From: Acidobacteriota bacterium
GTDB lineage: Bacteria > Acidobacteriota > UBA4820 > DSQY01
Direction of reading: 5' to 3'
Length of the DNA: 24,000 nt
Assembly (NCBI GenBank): GCA_021833665.1
Contig: JAKBES010000005.1
Coordinates: 1 to 24,000 of the forward strand
Shown: piece after piece, positions 23,721-24,000 of the stretch
How the letters are laid out: every line of letters starts with the position of its first letter
Numbering within the stretch: position 1 is the stretch's first letter
The notes under the pieces: generated by a model
Seen by the model: only the letters and a program-made list of their open reading frames with translations
Database searches by the model: none
What the model was told of the DNA's origin: nothing
Program-made: the position numbers and the translations under genes

Positions 23721-24000
23721 TCACTTGAGCGACTTGATGTAGTCCAAGACCTGGGACAATTCCGCCGGGCTGAGCGCCGCGGGCGGCATGGTGGGCGGAT
23801 AGCCCTTGACGATGGAGGCCTCGGGGGCCTGGATGGCCACCTTGAGATAAGCATCATCCACCTTCACCGCACGCTCCTTGCCGCCCGACACCACCGTCTC
23901 CGTTGAGCCGTAGAGGCCCTTCAGCGTGGGGCCCACCATGGGTTTGCCGTCGACGGAATGGCACATGAGACAGTCCTTGGCCCGGAGGAGGGCCAAAACC
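23721..24000 (-). CDS. class I c-type cytochrome domain (partial; N-terminus off the window), possibly the C-terminus of a cytochrome c oxidase subunit II
   Basis: CLMCH heme-binding motif, then GPTLKGLYG...VKGYPPTMP (Met ligand region). The frame stays open to the window edge; the ORF-track M at 23996 is really a TTG Leu codon. ctaB lies immediately downstream. Confidence 0.8.
   Translation of the reverse strand, partial: VLALLRAKDCLMCHSVDGKPMVGPTLKGLYGSTETVVSGGKERAVKVDDAYLKVAIQAPEASIVKGYPPTMPPAALSPAELSQVLDYIKSLK

Noticed and set aside
1-24000. Defence, toxin-antitoxin, retron, prophage or secondary-metabolite systems
   Set aside because: Every ORF of credible coding quality is assigned to a housekeeping, envelope, respiration or signalling family. 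No nuclease, reverse transcriptase, ATPase-nuclease pair, transposase or phage-like gene is visible.

Overview
This is a visibly GC-rich bacterial chromosomal window with tightly packed genes. TonB-like, lipobox lipoprotein and O-antigen-ligase-family genes point to a diderm; I cannot assign a phylum by eye. Most of it is housekeeping. In order: rpsA-ihfB, a HIT hydrolase, a GAF-PP2C phosphatase with a membrane GAF-GGDEF cyclase, a divergent ihfA-like gene with a MerR regulator and tRNA-Pro(GGG), and thiD. Next come a lipoprotein followed by two L,D-transpeptidases and a secreted protein, then an Rrf2 regulator with cydAB, and recO-glyQ-glyS. The window ends with a Wzy_C/GT4/GT4 glycan block, an orphan TonB-like gene, ctaB and a partial cytochrome c. 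I see no mobile elements, CRISPR arrays, integrases or recognisable defence genes, so most of the window is ordinary core genome. The best candidate for something undescribed is the cassette at 8137-11413. It encodes an Ala/Lys-rich lipoprotein ending in a C-terminal Lys, followed by a YafK-like and a canonical YkuD L,D-transpeptidase and a possibly catalytically dead YkuD-like partner. This could be a self-contained outer-membrane-to-peptidoglycan tether that is unrelated in sequence to Braun's lipoprotein. Smaller oddities are a promoter with a terminator-like hairpin upstream of that cassette, a 4 x GTGATC array with 8-bp period in the ihfB 3' region, and a perfect 9-bp inverted repeat in front of the Rrf2 gene. 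There are also heptanucleotide arrays around the recO leader, and the ihfA-like protein appears to lack the intercalating proline. All calls come from reading the sequence and ORF translations by eye; no searches were run.
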